Source of the DNA: Acidobacteriota bacterium
GTDB lineage: Bacteria; Acidobacteriota; UBA890; WLXD01
Direction of reading: 5' to 3'
DNA: 64,000 nt
Assembly (NCBI GenBank): GCA_963666215.2
Contig: CAXWPL010000001.1
Coordinates: 576,001 to 640,000 of the forward strand
Part shown: piece after piece, positions 42,878 through 53,369 of the stretch
Layout: every line of letters starts with the position of its first letter
Numbering within the stretch: the stretch's first letter is position 1
The notes under the pieces: model-generated
What the model was told of the DNA's origin: nothing
What the model saw: only the letters and a program-made list of their open reading frames with translations
The model's database searches: none
Translations under genes and position numbers: made by a program

Positions 42878-42925
42878 AGTCGGCCCAGATGCCCCCGGCT
42901 CGCCTCCACGCGGCTGCAACGCCCC
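42878..42925. repeat. Dispersed intergenic repeat, copy 2
   Basis: Homologous to 31217-31266. Confidence 0.7.
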
Positions 42926-43009
42926 GCCACCGCGATCGCCCATTGATCCACGCCGCTCGTGCCGGTTCGGATCAACTCCAACAAGCTGCGGCCGGTCTGG
43001 CACGCGCAA

Positions 43010-44491
43010 CTACTGGGCAACTATTGCGAAGAGCTTGTTGCGGCTGGCGATGTAGAGCGCGCCGTTGGCGGGTACCGCCGAGCTGTAGACGGAGCTCCCC
43101 AGGTTGAGCTCGTTCACCACCGTCTCCGAGCGACCCGCTTCAAGAATGACCACGTCGCCATCCTCATCACCGAGGTAGACCTTGCCCTCGACGACGAGCG
43201 CCGAGCCCCAGACCGCGGCGAACGTGTCGTGCACGAAATGCACCGCGCCGGTGTCGGCGTCGAGCGCGTGCAGAAACCCGGAAAAATCGGGGATGTAGAC
43301 CACATCCTCGTGGATCGCCGCGGTCGAGATTGTCCGTCGAATATCGCTGTAGTGCCAAATCCGACCCGTCTCGGTGATGTCCCCCCGCTTGGTGCCATCG
43401 ATGGCGTAGAAATGTCCAACGCCCTCACCATGTTCCGGATCCTGCCCGTTGCCGATGTAAACACGGTTCTTGTAGATGACCGGGGTGGCGACGACGTTGT
43501 TGCGTGTGCGTGGCCAGATGGCGTCTTCCGGGTTGGTGTTGAACTCCCACAGCTTCTCGCCGGTCTCGGCCACGTAGCCGCGCACCCAGCCGTCACCCTG
43601 CCCCATCACCACCTGCACGACGCCGCCGATGTCGCCGACCGCAGCCGAGGACCACTGGCCGTGGAGGATGCGGTCCTCAACGGAGTTGTCTTCCCAGACG
43701 AGCTCGCCGGTGTTCTTGTTGATGGCGATGATTGCGGGTGTCCGTGGCGAGGGGATGTTGACGTGCGTCTCGTCCTGACCGTTCGACGTGGAAACAAACA
43801 GAAGGTCGCCATACATCACCGGCGATGAGTTCGACATGTTGTGCGGGAAGGAGCCGAGCTCCTCCATCATGTCGTAGGACCAGACCACATCAGCGTCGAT
43901 CTCGCGGCTGAGCTCCTCGCCAGCGAAGCCGTCGTTCTCGCCGTCGAGGAAGCCCTGGGTGTCGAGCGCCACGAGCTCGCCCCGGCTGGTGACGTAGTAC
44001 AGCCGGTCGCCGTCGACGAGGGGCGACGAGCAGATGCCTTGGTATGGCCAGTCGTTAACGCGCCCGGCTGCCAGCTTTTGCGAGAAGTGCTGCCAGAGAA
44101 ACTCGCCGCTCGCTTCATCGAAGGCCAGCAACACGCCCGCGTCGCCCGGCATCTCCGGGTCGTAGAGTGCTTCGTTGTTCGTGCCCACGAATACCGAGCC
44201 GCCCGCCACAACGGGATTGCCGTAGGTTTGCGAGCCGAGCGCCGCCTCCCACTTGACGTTCTCACCGCTGCCCGTATCCCAATCGGTTGGCACACCGGTC
44301 ATCGAAGAGATCATGTTGCGGTCGGGAGTACCGCCCCACATCGGCCAGTCTTCAGTGGCTGCGGCACGACCGGCCTCAGGTCCGGTGCCGAGTCCCAGCA
44401 GGAGCATCGCCGCGGCGAGTGCGACTGGCTTGCGGCTTCGCGTGTGGGCAGAGTTAGCGGAGCGGACGGTGGACGGACTCAGGGCTTTCAT
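43010..44491 (-). CDS. PQQ-like beta-propeller protein
   Basis: DWPMWGG, YGNPVV, CSSPLVDGD, HGQWSS, YSSAVPANG. Confidence 0.88.
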   Translation of the reverse strand: MKALSPSTVRSANSAHTRSRKPVALAAAMLLLGLGTGPEAGRAAATEDWPMWGGTPDRNMISSMTGVPTDWDTGSGENVKWEAALGSQTYGNPVVAGGSVFVGTNNEALYDPEMPGDAGVLLAFDEASGEFLWQHFSQKLAAGRVNDWPYQGICSSPLVDGDRLYYVTSRGELVALDTQGFLDGENDGFAGEELSREIDADVVWSYDMMEELGSFPHNMSNSSPVMYGDLLFVSTSNGQDETHVNIPSPRTPAIIAINKNTGELVWEDNSVEDRILHGQWSSAAVGDIGGVVQVVMGQGDGWVRGYVAETGEKLWEFNTNPEDAIWPRTRNNVVATPVIYKNRVYIGNGQDPEHGEGVGHFYAIDGTKRGDITETGRIWHYSDIRRTISTAAIHEDVVYIPDFSGFLHALDADTGAVHFVHDTFAAVWGSALVVEGKVYLGDEDGDVVILEAGRSETVVNELNLGSSVYSSAVPANGALYIASRNKLFAIVAQ

Positions 44492-46815
44492 GGGTTCGGT
44501 ACGACCTCGAGGTTGTCGAAGCTGATAACGGCGTGGGCGTCGCCGTAGAAGCCGGGGCTGCCGTAGCGCGAGCCCATCGCGTCGGTGGCGTCAATCGTCC
44601 ACTCGTCTGGCTCGGCTTCGTCTCGGGGCCAGATCTTACCCCGCACACGCACCTGGCCGTCGGGCAGGTTCTCGGTGTTCACCTTGAGCGTGTACCAGGT
44701 GCCCGATCGGATGCTGGCTGGCACCGAGGTCGTGCGTGCGGTCTCCGGCTGCCAGCTCTGGAGCTCGAGCCGCTGCTTCGTGCCGAAAGCGATCAGCGCG
44801 TAGCGCTGGGCGATCACGCCAGCATCGCCCAATCGCCGCCGTTCCGTGGCGGTGTTGAAATCGACCTGCACGGTGTAGTCGTGCAGATCGCTCGACCCCA
44901 GGTACACCCGGGTGCGCTTCAAGAATGGGTTGGCGTTGGTCTTGATGAGCACCCCTGCCTGTGGATCGGGCTGGAACTTGCCCAGGGCGCTGATCCAGTA
45001 TGGCGGCACCGACTCCATGTCGTCGAAATCGTAACGCCACGGCGGTGGCGGGCTAACACGCAGCCGCGCGCTGTTGCTCAGACTGTCGCCGACTCTCGCC
45101 GTCACGGCGCCGCCGCGACGCACCGGGTCGGCGGAGGCGACGAAGGTGCCATCGGCCCCAATCGTGCCGAGCCCGCCCTGCACGCCCCACTCCACGACCG
45201 CAGACGAGCCCGGTAGCCGGTGACCCCCGGCATCGAACAACCTTGCCTCGAAATGAACTTCCTCGCCAGGCTCGATCACGAGCTCCTGAGGATAAATCTG
45301 TACGTGAGCAGGGACGCCCATGGGCGCCCCTGCGGACTCGCTCGGCACTGCCGTCCCCGACGCGCTGGCCGGGGCCACGACCGGACCGATCGCATAGATG
45401 TTCGACTCGGACGCCATGTAGATGCGGCCGCGAGCAATCGCGACGGACGCGATGATGGGCTCGAACTCCTCGCCTTCTGTGTCGCCGTTGCCAGGCGCGA
45501 TAGCGGTACTGGCCAGTTCGTCACGGTCGAGGATCTCAACCCCATCGGCCGAAGGGCGCAAGATGTAGAACACGCCGTTGCGTGTACCTGCGTACAGCTT
45601 GCCGTCGGCCAACACCGGGGATGCCCGCTGGATCGTTCCCAGGTTCTGTCGCCACAAAGTGCCGCCGCTGGCGGCGTCGAAGGCCACGAGGTTGGCACTG
45701 TTGTCGATCTGATAGAGGCGTTCGCCGTCGAGAACCGGCGACGAGTACCCTCCGAGATGTTCAAAGACGCTCCAGTCAACAGCGTCGCCGCCGAGCTCGC
45801 CCGAGCCCGTGGCATCGATCGAAGCCAAGAAGCCCATGCGCGAGTCGGCAAGATTCTCCTCGCCGTGGGATATGAGCGCGCGATCACCGTAAAGAAGCAC
45901 GCCCGTATTGATGCCGCGCTTGCTCATCGGGAAGCGCCAAACAATCTCGCCGGTCGACGGCTTGAGCGCGTGAATCGCGCCATCGCTGCCGCCGGCAATC
46001 AACAGTCGGCTGCCGCCGACGTTCACCACGATCGGCGGCGCGTAGGTCGTGTCGTAGGGTTGAGTACCGGTCGAGCTGACCCAGGCGACCTGTCCAGTCG
46101 CTTTATCGAAGGCGAGAAAGCGGTGCATGCCGCGAGCCATGCTCCCCCAGCCCGCGGTCACGCCGCTGATGATGACGTTGCCCTGATCGATAACGGGCGA
46201 GACCGTGCGGCCGCCATGCGTCGACACCAGCCCGAACACCTCCGACAGATAGTGCTGCCACAGCAGCTCACCGTCGGGGGTCAACCCGAAGAGGGTCCCG
46301 GCAACGCCGAGCGCGTAGATGTTGCCGGTTTCCGGATCCACGACGGGCGACGCCCAACCCACGCGATGCGGCGGTGCATCGCTGAGCGTCACGTTGAACC
46401 GATGCTCCCACACAAGCTCGCCCGTATCGGCGTTGAGGGCAACGATGCGCTCCTGCGTGGTGGCGCCCGCTCCAGCCGCGTTTTGTAGGTAGAGTCGATC
46501 GCCGAACACAACGGGGGTCGACAACGCGCCGTAGGGAGCCTTCCACGCGAGGTTCTCACCGTCCGGAGACCAGCTCTCCGGCAAGCCCGTGGCCGTGGAG
46601 GTGCCGTCGCGCCGCGGGCCACGCCAGTCGGGCCAATCATCAGCTGCGACGGCAAGAGCGAAGCCAGCACCCCGCTCGGCTGCCGGCTCCAGCCGATGGA
46701 TCTCGGCGAACATCGGCTGTGTCGAGGTGCTGGAGAACCCGGCCCCTGCGGCCGCGGTGACCAGAAGCGCGACAAGGGACAGGATGCGCAAGGGTCGTCC
46801 GGATCGGCTATTCAT
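44488..46815 (-). CDS. PQQ-like beta-propeller protein with Ig-like and C-terminal beta-sandwich domains
   Basis: DWPDWRGP, GWASPVVD, ASPVLADGK, then ~290 aa of additional domains; overlaps the next propeller gene by 4 bp. Confidence 0.85.
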   Translation of the reverse strand: MNSRSGRPLRILSLVALLVTAAAGAGFSSTSTQPMFAEIHRLEPAAERGAGFALAVAADDWPDWRGPRRDGTSTATGLPESWSPDGENLAWKAPYGALSTPVVFGDRLYLQNAAGAGATTQERIVALNADTGELVWEHRFNVTLSDAPPHRVGWASPVVDPETGNIYALGVAGTLFGLTPDGELLWQHYLSEVFGLVSTHGGRTVSPVIDQGNVIISGVTAGWGSMARGMHRFLAFDKATGQVAWVSSTGTQPYDTTYAPPIVVNVGGSRLLIAGGSDGAIHALKPSTGEIVWRFPMSKRGINTGVLLYGDRALISHGEENLADSRMGFLASIDATGSGELGGDAVDWSVFEHLGGYSSPVLDGERLYQIDNSANLVAFDAASGGTLWRQNLGTIQRASPVLADGKLYAGTRNGVFYILRPSADGVEILDRDELASTAIAPGNGDTEGEEFEPIIASVAIARGRIYMASESNIYAIGPVVAPASASGTAVPSESAGAPMGVPAHVQIYPQELVIEPGEEVHFEARLFDAGGHRLPGSSAVVEWGVQGGLGTIGADGTFVASADPVRRGGAVTARVGDSLSNSARLRVSPPPPWRYDFDDMESVPPYWISALGKFQPDPQAGVLIKTNANPFLKRTRVYLGSSDLHDYTVQVDFNTATERRRLGDAGVIAQRYALIAFGTKQRLELQSWQPETARTTSVPASIRSGTWYTLKVNTENLPDGQVRVRGKIWPRDEAEPDEWTIDATDAMGSRYGSPGFYGDAHAVISFDNLEVVPNP

Positions 46816-47055
46816 CTGTTGGAATCCTGGTTCCCTGATGGGATGCGATTCACCCGGGTGGGGGACATCGCGTTGGGTCTGGGCGCGTGAGGCACATGGG
46901 GTGCGTGGACGCGGGACGCATCCCACAAGGTGGAAAATCAGCTATATAGAACCACATCCCGCGGTGCCCCCGCTGGTGGTCACCTGCCGCCGAAGGTGCA
47001 CTCGCGCGGGCGATCAACGTGGCGTCAGCGCGGGATCAGCGCAGGACAGCGGCGA

Positions 47056-48471
47056 TTACCTCGGTGGCGAGGATGCGACGAGAATCGGCTGTGTCCATGC
47101 CGCCTGAAAACGGACGGTCCGAGGTTCGCTCTCCGGGCTTCCTGGGTCGATCGGCGAACTGTCGGCCGGGGCCGAAGAAACGACCTTCGCCCGCACATAC
47201 AGCTCATCGCCACGCAACTCGTAGCTCGGATTCGGGCCCTCGACTTCGTCCAGGACCTCACCGATATCGTCGCCATATACGTACTGGACACTCGCGGCAC
47301 CGAACGACACCTCCGCCTCTCCGATCTCGCCCGTTTGCGCCATCTGGCGATCCTGCGGCAGGCGACGGTCGGAATGTCCCACGCGAGTACCGATGAATTG
47401 GGTGCGGTAGCTCACGCCCGGCGTGGTCCGTATGTGGAGCTCCAGCCGCTGCACACCACTCGCCTCTTGGCCGTCGCTCCCGGGGGCTGCGCCAACAACA
47501 ACTTCGTCGAGCAGCACGCCCGTCGACGCATAAAAGTCACCGCGCTCGAGCGCCTCGATCAGCGCGGCGGCCGTGAGCTCTCCGGCCTGCACCATGATCC
47601 AGCCTCGACCTGGATTTGCCGACTCCGATCCGGTCTGCTGGTAGACGTGCGCGTCGTCGACCGCGAGTCCATACAGGAGCTCTTGACCTCGATCGAGGCG
47701 GTCGGTCAGCGCAATATCCCACATGCGATCGGTGCTCGGCCGCTGCCCGTCGCCGTCGTTGTTCGCCTGTGGATGGCCGTTGAAGACCTCGAAGAACTTC
47801 TCGCCCTGGATAGCTGCGATGTCCTCTGCGGTGACACCCCAGCCATAGTTCGGATGGTTGACGTGGGGGAACATCGGCTGCCCGGTGCGCCCGCGCTGCT
47901 CGAGCACGGCATCGACCGTACGTTGCAGGACCTCGACCACGGTGCTCCCGGACTGCGGGTCGACGCGCTCAACCAGGTTGGTGGCGTTGACGTGCAGCGG
48001 CCACGACTCGAAGGTCGTCGTGATCTCCGCCGCCGATAGCAGCAAGAACCTTCCGGGCTCCTCGAACAGGCCGCGGTATTCATCCAGCGACATGAGCCGA
48101 ACCCGAAGCCGGTCGTCAGCAGGGCTGACGGCAACCCTGTCGTCACCGAAACGATCACGATAACGATCGAACGCGGCACGCAACTCCGGGGTGTCCGCAT
48201 CGAGCCAACCCTCGCCCTCGTGCAGGGTGTTGTGGTCGGAGATCGCCAGGAAGTCGTAGCCCCTCGTGCGGTACCAGTCGACCACCATCTCGGGGAACTC
48301 AGCGCCGTCGCTCCACAGCGAGTGGGTGTGCAAATTCCCCTTCCACCAGCCGGCCGGGCTGACCTTCTCGGCGGGCCAGCGCGACGACTCCGGGGCGGCG
48401 CACGACACAACCAGCGCGAGCAAACACACACCTCTGGCGGCCCGATTTCGACTGCAACGCAGATGCAACAT
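47056..48471 (-). CDS. PHP-domain metallophosphoesterase (histidinol-phosphatase/CehA-like), probable lipoprotein
   Basis: KGNLHTHSLWSDG, ISDHN, VNHPN, VDDAH. Confidence 0.82.
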   Translation of the reverse strand: MLHLRCSRNRAARGVCLLALVVSCAAPESSRWPAEKVSPAGWWKGNLHTHSLWSDGAEFPEMVVDWYRTRGYDFLAISDHNTLHEGEGWLDADTPELRAAFDRYRDRFGDDRVAVSPADDRLRVRLMSLDEYRGLFEEPGRFLLLSAAEITTTFESWPLHVNATNLVERVDPQSGSTVVEVLQRTVDAVLEQRGRTGQPMFPHVNHPNYGWGVTAEDIAAIQGEKFFEVFNGHPQANNDGDGQRPSTDRMWDIALTDRLDRGQELLYGLAVDDAHVYQQTGSESANPGRGWIMVQAGELTAAALIEALERGDFYASTGVLLDEVVVGAAPGSDGQEASGVQRLELHIRTTPGVSYRTQFIGTRVGHSDRRLPQDRQMAQTGEIGEAEVSFGAASVQYVYGDDIGEVLDEVEGPNPSYELRGDELYVRAKVVSSAPADSSPIDPGSPESEPRTVRFQAAWTQPILVASSPPR

Positions 48472-48522
48472 TGGCGCTAGACTCGCCTCTCGCTAGGAAG
48501 ATCGAGGGGTCGAAAGAGAGTC

Positions 48523-48960
48523 ATGACAATAACGGTGGAGCATTATCGCAGGCTCGAGCGCATGTACCTGCTGGCGCGCGTCAACGAGTTCTACGAGCCG
48601 ACAATACGGATCGGCGACGCGACCACCAAGATTGCCATGCAGGTGAAAAGCGAATTCTTCCACGTTGCCGGCGCAGTACACGGGTCGGTGTACTTCAAGG
48701 GACTCGACGACGCGGCGTTCTTTGCCGCCAGCTCGCTGGTGAGCGACGTATTCCTGCTCACCAGCTCGTTCAACATCTTCCTGACCCGCCCCATCGCCTC
48801 GGGAAGCATGACGGCAACCGGCCATGTGCTGCATCGTTCGGCGCGGCTCTTCGTTGCTGAAGCCAAGATGGTCGACGACGACGGCCGTCTGCTCGGACAC
48901 GGCAGCGGGACCTTCATGCGGAGCAACATCGCGCTGTCGCCCGAGCTCGGCTATCGGTAG
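48523..48960 (+). CDS. PaaI-family hotdog thioesterase
   Basis: HVAGAVHGSVYFKGLDDAAFFA. Confidence 0.9.
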   Translation: MTITVEHYRRLERMYLLARVNEFYEPTIRIGDATTKIAMQVKSEFFHVAGAVHGSVYFKGLDDAAFFAASSLVSDVFLLTSSFNIFLTRPIASGSMTATGHVLHRSARLFVAEAKMVDDDGRLLGHGSGTFMRSNIALSPELGYR

Positions 48961-48977
48961 GTCGCGCGCGTGAGTCA

Positions 48978-50084
48978 CTAGCGCGCGCGAGCGACGATGC
49001 CGTTGTGGGCCTTGATTGTGCCCGCGCGGAGGATCTCGAAGCCGTTCTCCCAGGCGTACAGGCCCATCTGATAGGGATCCATGAGCTCTCGATAGCCGTA
49101 GTTCATGAGATCGGCCATCAGGAAGTAGAACGCCCGCGACCGTAGTTGGCGGCGTGGAGTGGTCATGATGGCAAGGCCGCCCGGCTTGAGGAAGCGACGA
49201 TGAAAGTCGAACACCTCGGCCTTGTGTGCATCCGGGAAATGCTCAATCAACCCGACACTGAGCACGACATCGGACTCGCGGCCATAGCCCAGGTCGCGGA
49301 TGTCGGCGACCTCGAACTCGATGTCGAAGTCCTCGCGACGGTAGGTCGTCCAGGAGCCGGTGCCTCGATCTTGTCCGAGAAACGGGTAGGCCGACGGAAA
49401 CTTGCCGAAGCGGTCCGTGCGGCAGAAGTCGTCGTAGTCCACAAGCACCGCCGCGCCGCCCGGATACTGCGCCAGCAGCTGCATTGCCTCGTAGCCGTCG
49501 GCGGCCCCGAGAAAGAGCACGCGTGGCTTCTTCAGGTCGAGATCCTGAAAAAGTGCCCGCTTGCCGCGCGGATCCCACACCGCGTCCTCCACGCGATGCA
49601 CGTAGTTCCACAGATGCAGTCGCACGAGCTCACCTGCCGCCGCTCGGGCCGCACTCAGGCGGGCACGTGCGGCGCTCGAAAAAAAGCGCCGGCGCGCTGC
49701 GGCCGCGTCGTCGGCATTGGACAGGAACAGCGTGTGGAAGTTGCGGTTGAACTGCTCCCACTGCACCGCTACGGGCATCGCCGCACCCTGCTCCGACTCC
49801 CACTCTCGACGCCAGCTCGAGCTCGCCGGAACTTGATAGGGCCGCCCGACATCGCGCCAACGGAGGGTCAAGAAATCGACCGTCGACAGGTCTTCGAACA
49901 CGTCCGGCGGGCCGGTCCGCAGGTCCACGCGATGTGTGTCGGCGACCCAGGTCGTTTCCAGATTCGGGTCAGGAGGCGACTCAACGCCCGCGTCGTCTGC
50001 GATGCCGGCAACGGGGTGCGCCAGCGTGGTCTGTAAGCCTTCGGGCGAGCTCCCTGAAACGCGTGGCGTGGGTGAGGTCGTCAT
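48978..50084 (-). CDS. Class I SAM-dependent methyltransferase with N-terminal extension
   Basis: VLFLGAADG, DVVLSVGLIEHF, LKPGG. Confidence 0.8.
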   Translation of the reverse strand: MTTSPTPRVSGSSPEGLQTTLAHPVAGIADDAGVESPPDPNLETTWVADTHRVDLRTGPPDVFEDLSTVDFLTLRWRDVGRPYQVPASSSWRREWESEQGAAMPVAVQWEQFNRNFHTLFLSNADDAAAARRRFFSSAARARLSAARAAAGELVRLHLWNYVHRVEDAVWDPRGKRALFQDLDLKKPRVLFLGAADGYEAMQLLAQYPGGAAVLVDYDDFCRTDRFGKFPSAYPFLGQDRGTGSWTTYRREDFDIEFEVADIRDLGYGRESDVVLSVGLIEHFPDAHKAEVFDFHRRFLKPGGLAIMTTPRRQLRSRAFYFLMADLMNYGYRELMDPYQMGLYAWENGFEILRAGTIKAHNGIVARAR

Positions 50085-50500
50085 GGTGCCCGACTTAAGC
50101 CGCTTTCCCTCGCGCTGTAAAGGCCCACACGACGCGCGAAAAGACCCATCTCGATGTCGTCGACGCGACGATGCACCACGCCGACTGACTCGGGCGGCAC
50201 CAACGCGACAGGCTGCCGAGCTCCTTCTCTCACTCGCACCCGAAGCCTCCTCACCACGGCCACTACCTCTGCCGCTCCACGCGGACCACGTTGTATTCTG
50301 GGAAGGCTCGCGCGCCGATGCCTCCGGGCATGGTTGGCGCGGCGATCACCTGCCCGTGTCGGGCGCGAGAGACACCTCCACTGAAATCAGCGGCGTTCGC
50401 CGTCCCCGCCCCCTCTCGGGAGTCTATCTGGATGCGTTTGCGCGAAATCTCTGCCCTGTCCGTTCGGTGATTATGCACTTGACGAATCATTGTCCATGGA

Positions 50501-50683
50501 TTATCTTTCTCTCATGGACGTCGTTGAAATCTCTTTCCTGCCAGCATCTTCCGACAGCTCGGAGACGAGTGCATCGACCTTCTTCATGATGCGCTTGCCA
50601 AACACCTTCTCCATGAACTTTCGGTCTGGTAGCTGCGTAGCGTTCTTGGGTAGCTTTCTCCGTTTCTTGGGAGTCTGAGCCAT
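50501..50683 (-). CDS. Small basic passenger protein of the IS1595 element
   Basis: 60 aa, LPDRKFMEKVFGKRIMKKVD; lies inside the TIRs. Confidence 0.6.
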   Translation of the reverse strand: MAQTPKKRRKLPKNATQLPDRKFMEKVFGKRIMKKVDALVSELSEDAGRKEISTTSMRER

Positions 50684-50685
50684 GA

Positions 50686-51030
50686 GATTACAGCCTCGTT
50701 TCGTTGATGGACCGTTTCAACTGTGACTCCAAGTGCAACGACGCCCTGGAACAGCTTCGGTGGCCAGTAGGCGTGGCCTGCATACGCTGTGGCGACACGA
50801 ACGTTGCAGAGCTTCCACAGGGCCACAAGTGGCAGTGCCGCTCATGCCGCTACCAGTTCAGCGTCACGGCCGGAACGATCATGCACGATTCTCACCTTCC
50901 GCTTCGCAAGTGGTTCATAGCTATCTACTTGATGTGCGTCTCGAAGAAAGGCGTCTCTGCTATACAGATGCAGAACACTCTCGGTGTCGCCTACCGCACC
51001 GCCTGGTATCTCTGTCACCGCATCAAAGGC
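50686..51030 (+). pseudogene. IS1595 transposase N-terminal zinc-finger/HTH part (DDE domain deleted)
   Basis: LRWP.G..CIRC...CRSCRYQFSVTAGTIMHDSHLPLRKWF...KGVSA...YRTAWYLCHRIK; homology ends there. Confidence 0.9.
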
Positions 51031-51488
51031 GATCGGGGCATGGAGTACCCGATTCGTCTTTTTGCCTCTTCTTTGGGTTGCAACAGCTGTGGCTCCGTAA
51101 TCACGTTAATGCCAAAGCTGCCTGCTTCTTCGACTCCGTCGGGAATATCGAATCCTTCAAAGTCCAAGGGAACCCTGCTGCCGTCTGGCTGTTCAAAGTA
51201 AGCACTGGGTATGAAAACCGGCGACTGGCGGCCTAAAATAATCATGTATCCAAGCGTGAAACTTCCCCTAATAATGCCTGCCCTCACGTTCTTCTCGCCT
51301 ATGTTGGCGGTAACATTGAAGTTAAAAGTCTGTTGTCGCTTCCTCAGGTCATCTAGTTGCTTTTGATGGTCCGCCCATTTCTTCTTATGGAACAGCCACC
51401 CAATCATGACGCCCACCGCCATGAGAACGAACGAGCCAAGGAGAAGGCAAACGATCTCCCACGCGAACTCACGAACGAAGTTTTCCAT
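51015..51488 (-). CDS. Membrane-anchored passenger protein of unknown function
   Basis: N-terminal TM helix, short coiled coil, beta-rich domain; AT-richer; inside the TIRs; the C-terminus may be truncated at the deletion. Confidence 0.65.
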   Translation of the reverse strand: MENFVREFAWEIVCLLLGSFVLMAVGVMIGWLFHKKKWADHQKQLDDLRKRQQTFNFNVTANIGEKNVRAGIIRGSFTLGYMIILGRQSPVFIPSAYFEQPDGSRVPLDFEGFDIPDGVEEAGSFGINVITEPQLLQPKEEAKRRIGYSMPRSPLMR

Positions 51489-52892
51489 TCACGCATGCTA
51501 TCGACCCCTCTCTGATTCGTCAAGTGCAGGATCCCCGTCCGTTCTCCTTGTCGTCGCACTGCTGGCCGTCGCCTTCGGCCCCCAAGGCGCGGTGGCCATT
51601 GGAGAGTCGGCACCGTCTGCAGTCGCAACGAGCGCCATCGTCGCCCACGAGTGGCCTGCCTTCCGCGGCGACGGCAGTGGCGTGTCGGCGGAAACCGACC
51701 TGCCGACCGTCTGGAGCTCCACCGAGAACGTGGTGTGGAAGAGCGCCATCGTCGGTCGCGGTAGCTCTTCGCCGATTGTTTGGGGCAATCGCATATTCCT
51801 GACCACCGCTGTTGAGGGCAGCGAGGTGCCGGACGCCGAAGCCCCGGAGCACATGATCGGTGGGCGGCCCTTCCTTCATCCGGAGAGCCTCGGCGCAAAT
51901 CGCGAGCACACCTTTCAGGTCATCGCTCTGGACGCCACCGACGGCACGGTGATATGGAATCGAACCGCTCACGTGGGAACGCCGTACGACAACCGCCACA
52001 GCGGCGGCTCTTTCGCCTCACCCACGGCGGTCACCGACGGCGAGCACGTCTACGCCTACTTCGGCGCTCAGGGCGTGTACGCCTACGACTTCGACGGCGA
52101 GCTTCTTTGGCAAGCTGACATCGGGAAAATCTCGGCGTTCGGGGTCGGTGTTGGAACCTCCCCGGTGCTGTTCGAGAACCTGCTGATCATCCAGGCCGAC
52201 CGTGGCGAGGGCGAGGATTCGGCCATCGTCGCGCTCAGCAAAGCGACGGGCGAAGAAGTCTGGCGGCGTAGGCGCCCGATCGAGGCCAGCTGGTCGACGC
52301 CGGTGCTCACCGAGTGGAATGGCCGGTTGGAGCTCATCACCAACGGCAACGAGCTCGCGATCTCGTACGATCCCGCGTCGGGAGAGGAGCTTTGGCGCGC
52401 CAAGGGCGTGGGGAGCAACGCGATCCACCTGCCGCTCGTGGGCGGCGGCCTGGCAATCATGACGTCGGGCTATCCGAAGAAGGTCATTAAGGCGATCCAC
52501 CTCGGCGCCGACGGCGAGCTCGACGAGGCCGACCACCTGGCGTGGAGCTACGCGAAAGGCACCGCCTACGTGCCTTCCAACCTGCTGTACGACGGTCTCC
52601 TCTATCTACTGTCCGATAACGGCGTTCTGACCTGCCTCGATGCCGCTACCGGCGAGGTGATCTACGAAGGCGGCCGCATGCCGACGCCGCAGCGTTATAT
52701 GGCGTCTCCGGTGGCCTTCGACGGCAAGATCCTGATTGCCGGCGCCGACGGAGACGTGTTCGTGGTGAAGGCCGGACGCGAGTTCGAGGTGCTGCGTACG
52801 AACTCGATCGCCGAGCCGATCTCGACAACGCCGGCGCTGAGCGGCGGCCGCATCTACATCCGCGGGGAGCAGCACCTCTACGCCATCGGCTC

Positions 52893-53369
52893 TTGACCGC
52901 GGTAGCCGACGGGCCCGGGCGCTCCGTCGTTCGAGTTCAGGTCGTGCGGCTGCCGCACGGTGCAGACTTGCCCCTGCCGAGCTACCAAACCGCTGGGTCG
53001 GTGGCGGTCGACCTCTACGCCGCTCTCGATTCGCCGTTGACCCTGGCCCCGGGTGGCATCGGCCTGGTGCCGAGCGGTCTGGCGATCGCCCTGCCCGATG
53101 GCTTCGAGGCACAAATCCGTCCACGCTCGGGGCTCGCGATTCGGCACGGCATCTCTCTACCGAATACGCCGGCGACGATCGACTCCGACTATCGCGGCGA
53201 GCTGAAGATCCCACTCATCAACCTGGGTGGCGAGCCGGTCGAGATTGTCCGTGGCATGCGCATCGCTCAGATGCTCGTAGCACGGGTGCCACGAATCCAC
53301 TGGGACGAGGTCGAGGAGCTCCCCGCGTCCGAGCGCGGCTCCGGAGGCTTCGGCCACACCGGCGAGTAG
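52893..53369 (+). CDS. dut: dUTP diphosphatase
   Basis: RPRSGLA, TIDSDYRGE, RIAQ, RGSGGFGHTG. Confidence 0.96.
   Translation: MTAVADGPGRSVVRVQVVRLPHGADLPLPSYQTAGSVAVDLYAALDSPLTLAPGGIGLVPSGLAIALPDGFEAQIRPRSGLAIRHGISLPNTPATIDSDYRGELKIPLINLGGEPVEIVRGMRIAQMLVARVPRIHWDEVEELPASERGSGGFGHTGE

Larger units (their letters stand above)
50466..51536 (+). mobile_element. Internally deleted IS1595-family element carrying passenger genes (1071 bp)
   Basis: TIRs GGTGATTATGCACTTGACGAATCA / GGGGATCCTGCACTTGACGAATCA (21/24 identical); 8-bp direct repeat GTCCGTTC at 50458-50465 and 51537-51544; visibly lower GC. Confidence 0.92.
50432..52896 (+). pseudogene. PQQ-like beta-propeller gene interrupted in its signal peptide by the IS1595 element
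   Basis: Removing 50466-51544 restores MRLREISALSVLLVVALLAVAFGPQG...EWPAFRG; GGGAG RBS before ATG 50432. Confidence 0.85.

Noticed and set aside
51406-51544. ORF-track N-terminus of the 496-aa propeller protein
   Set aside because: These codons come from the IS1595 right end; the native start is at 50432, on the other side of the element.
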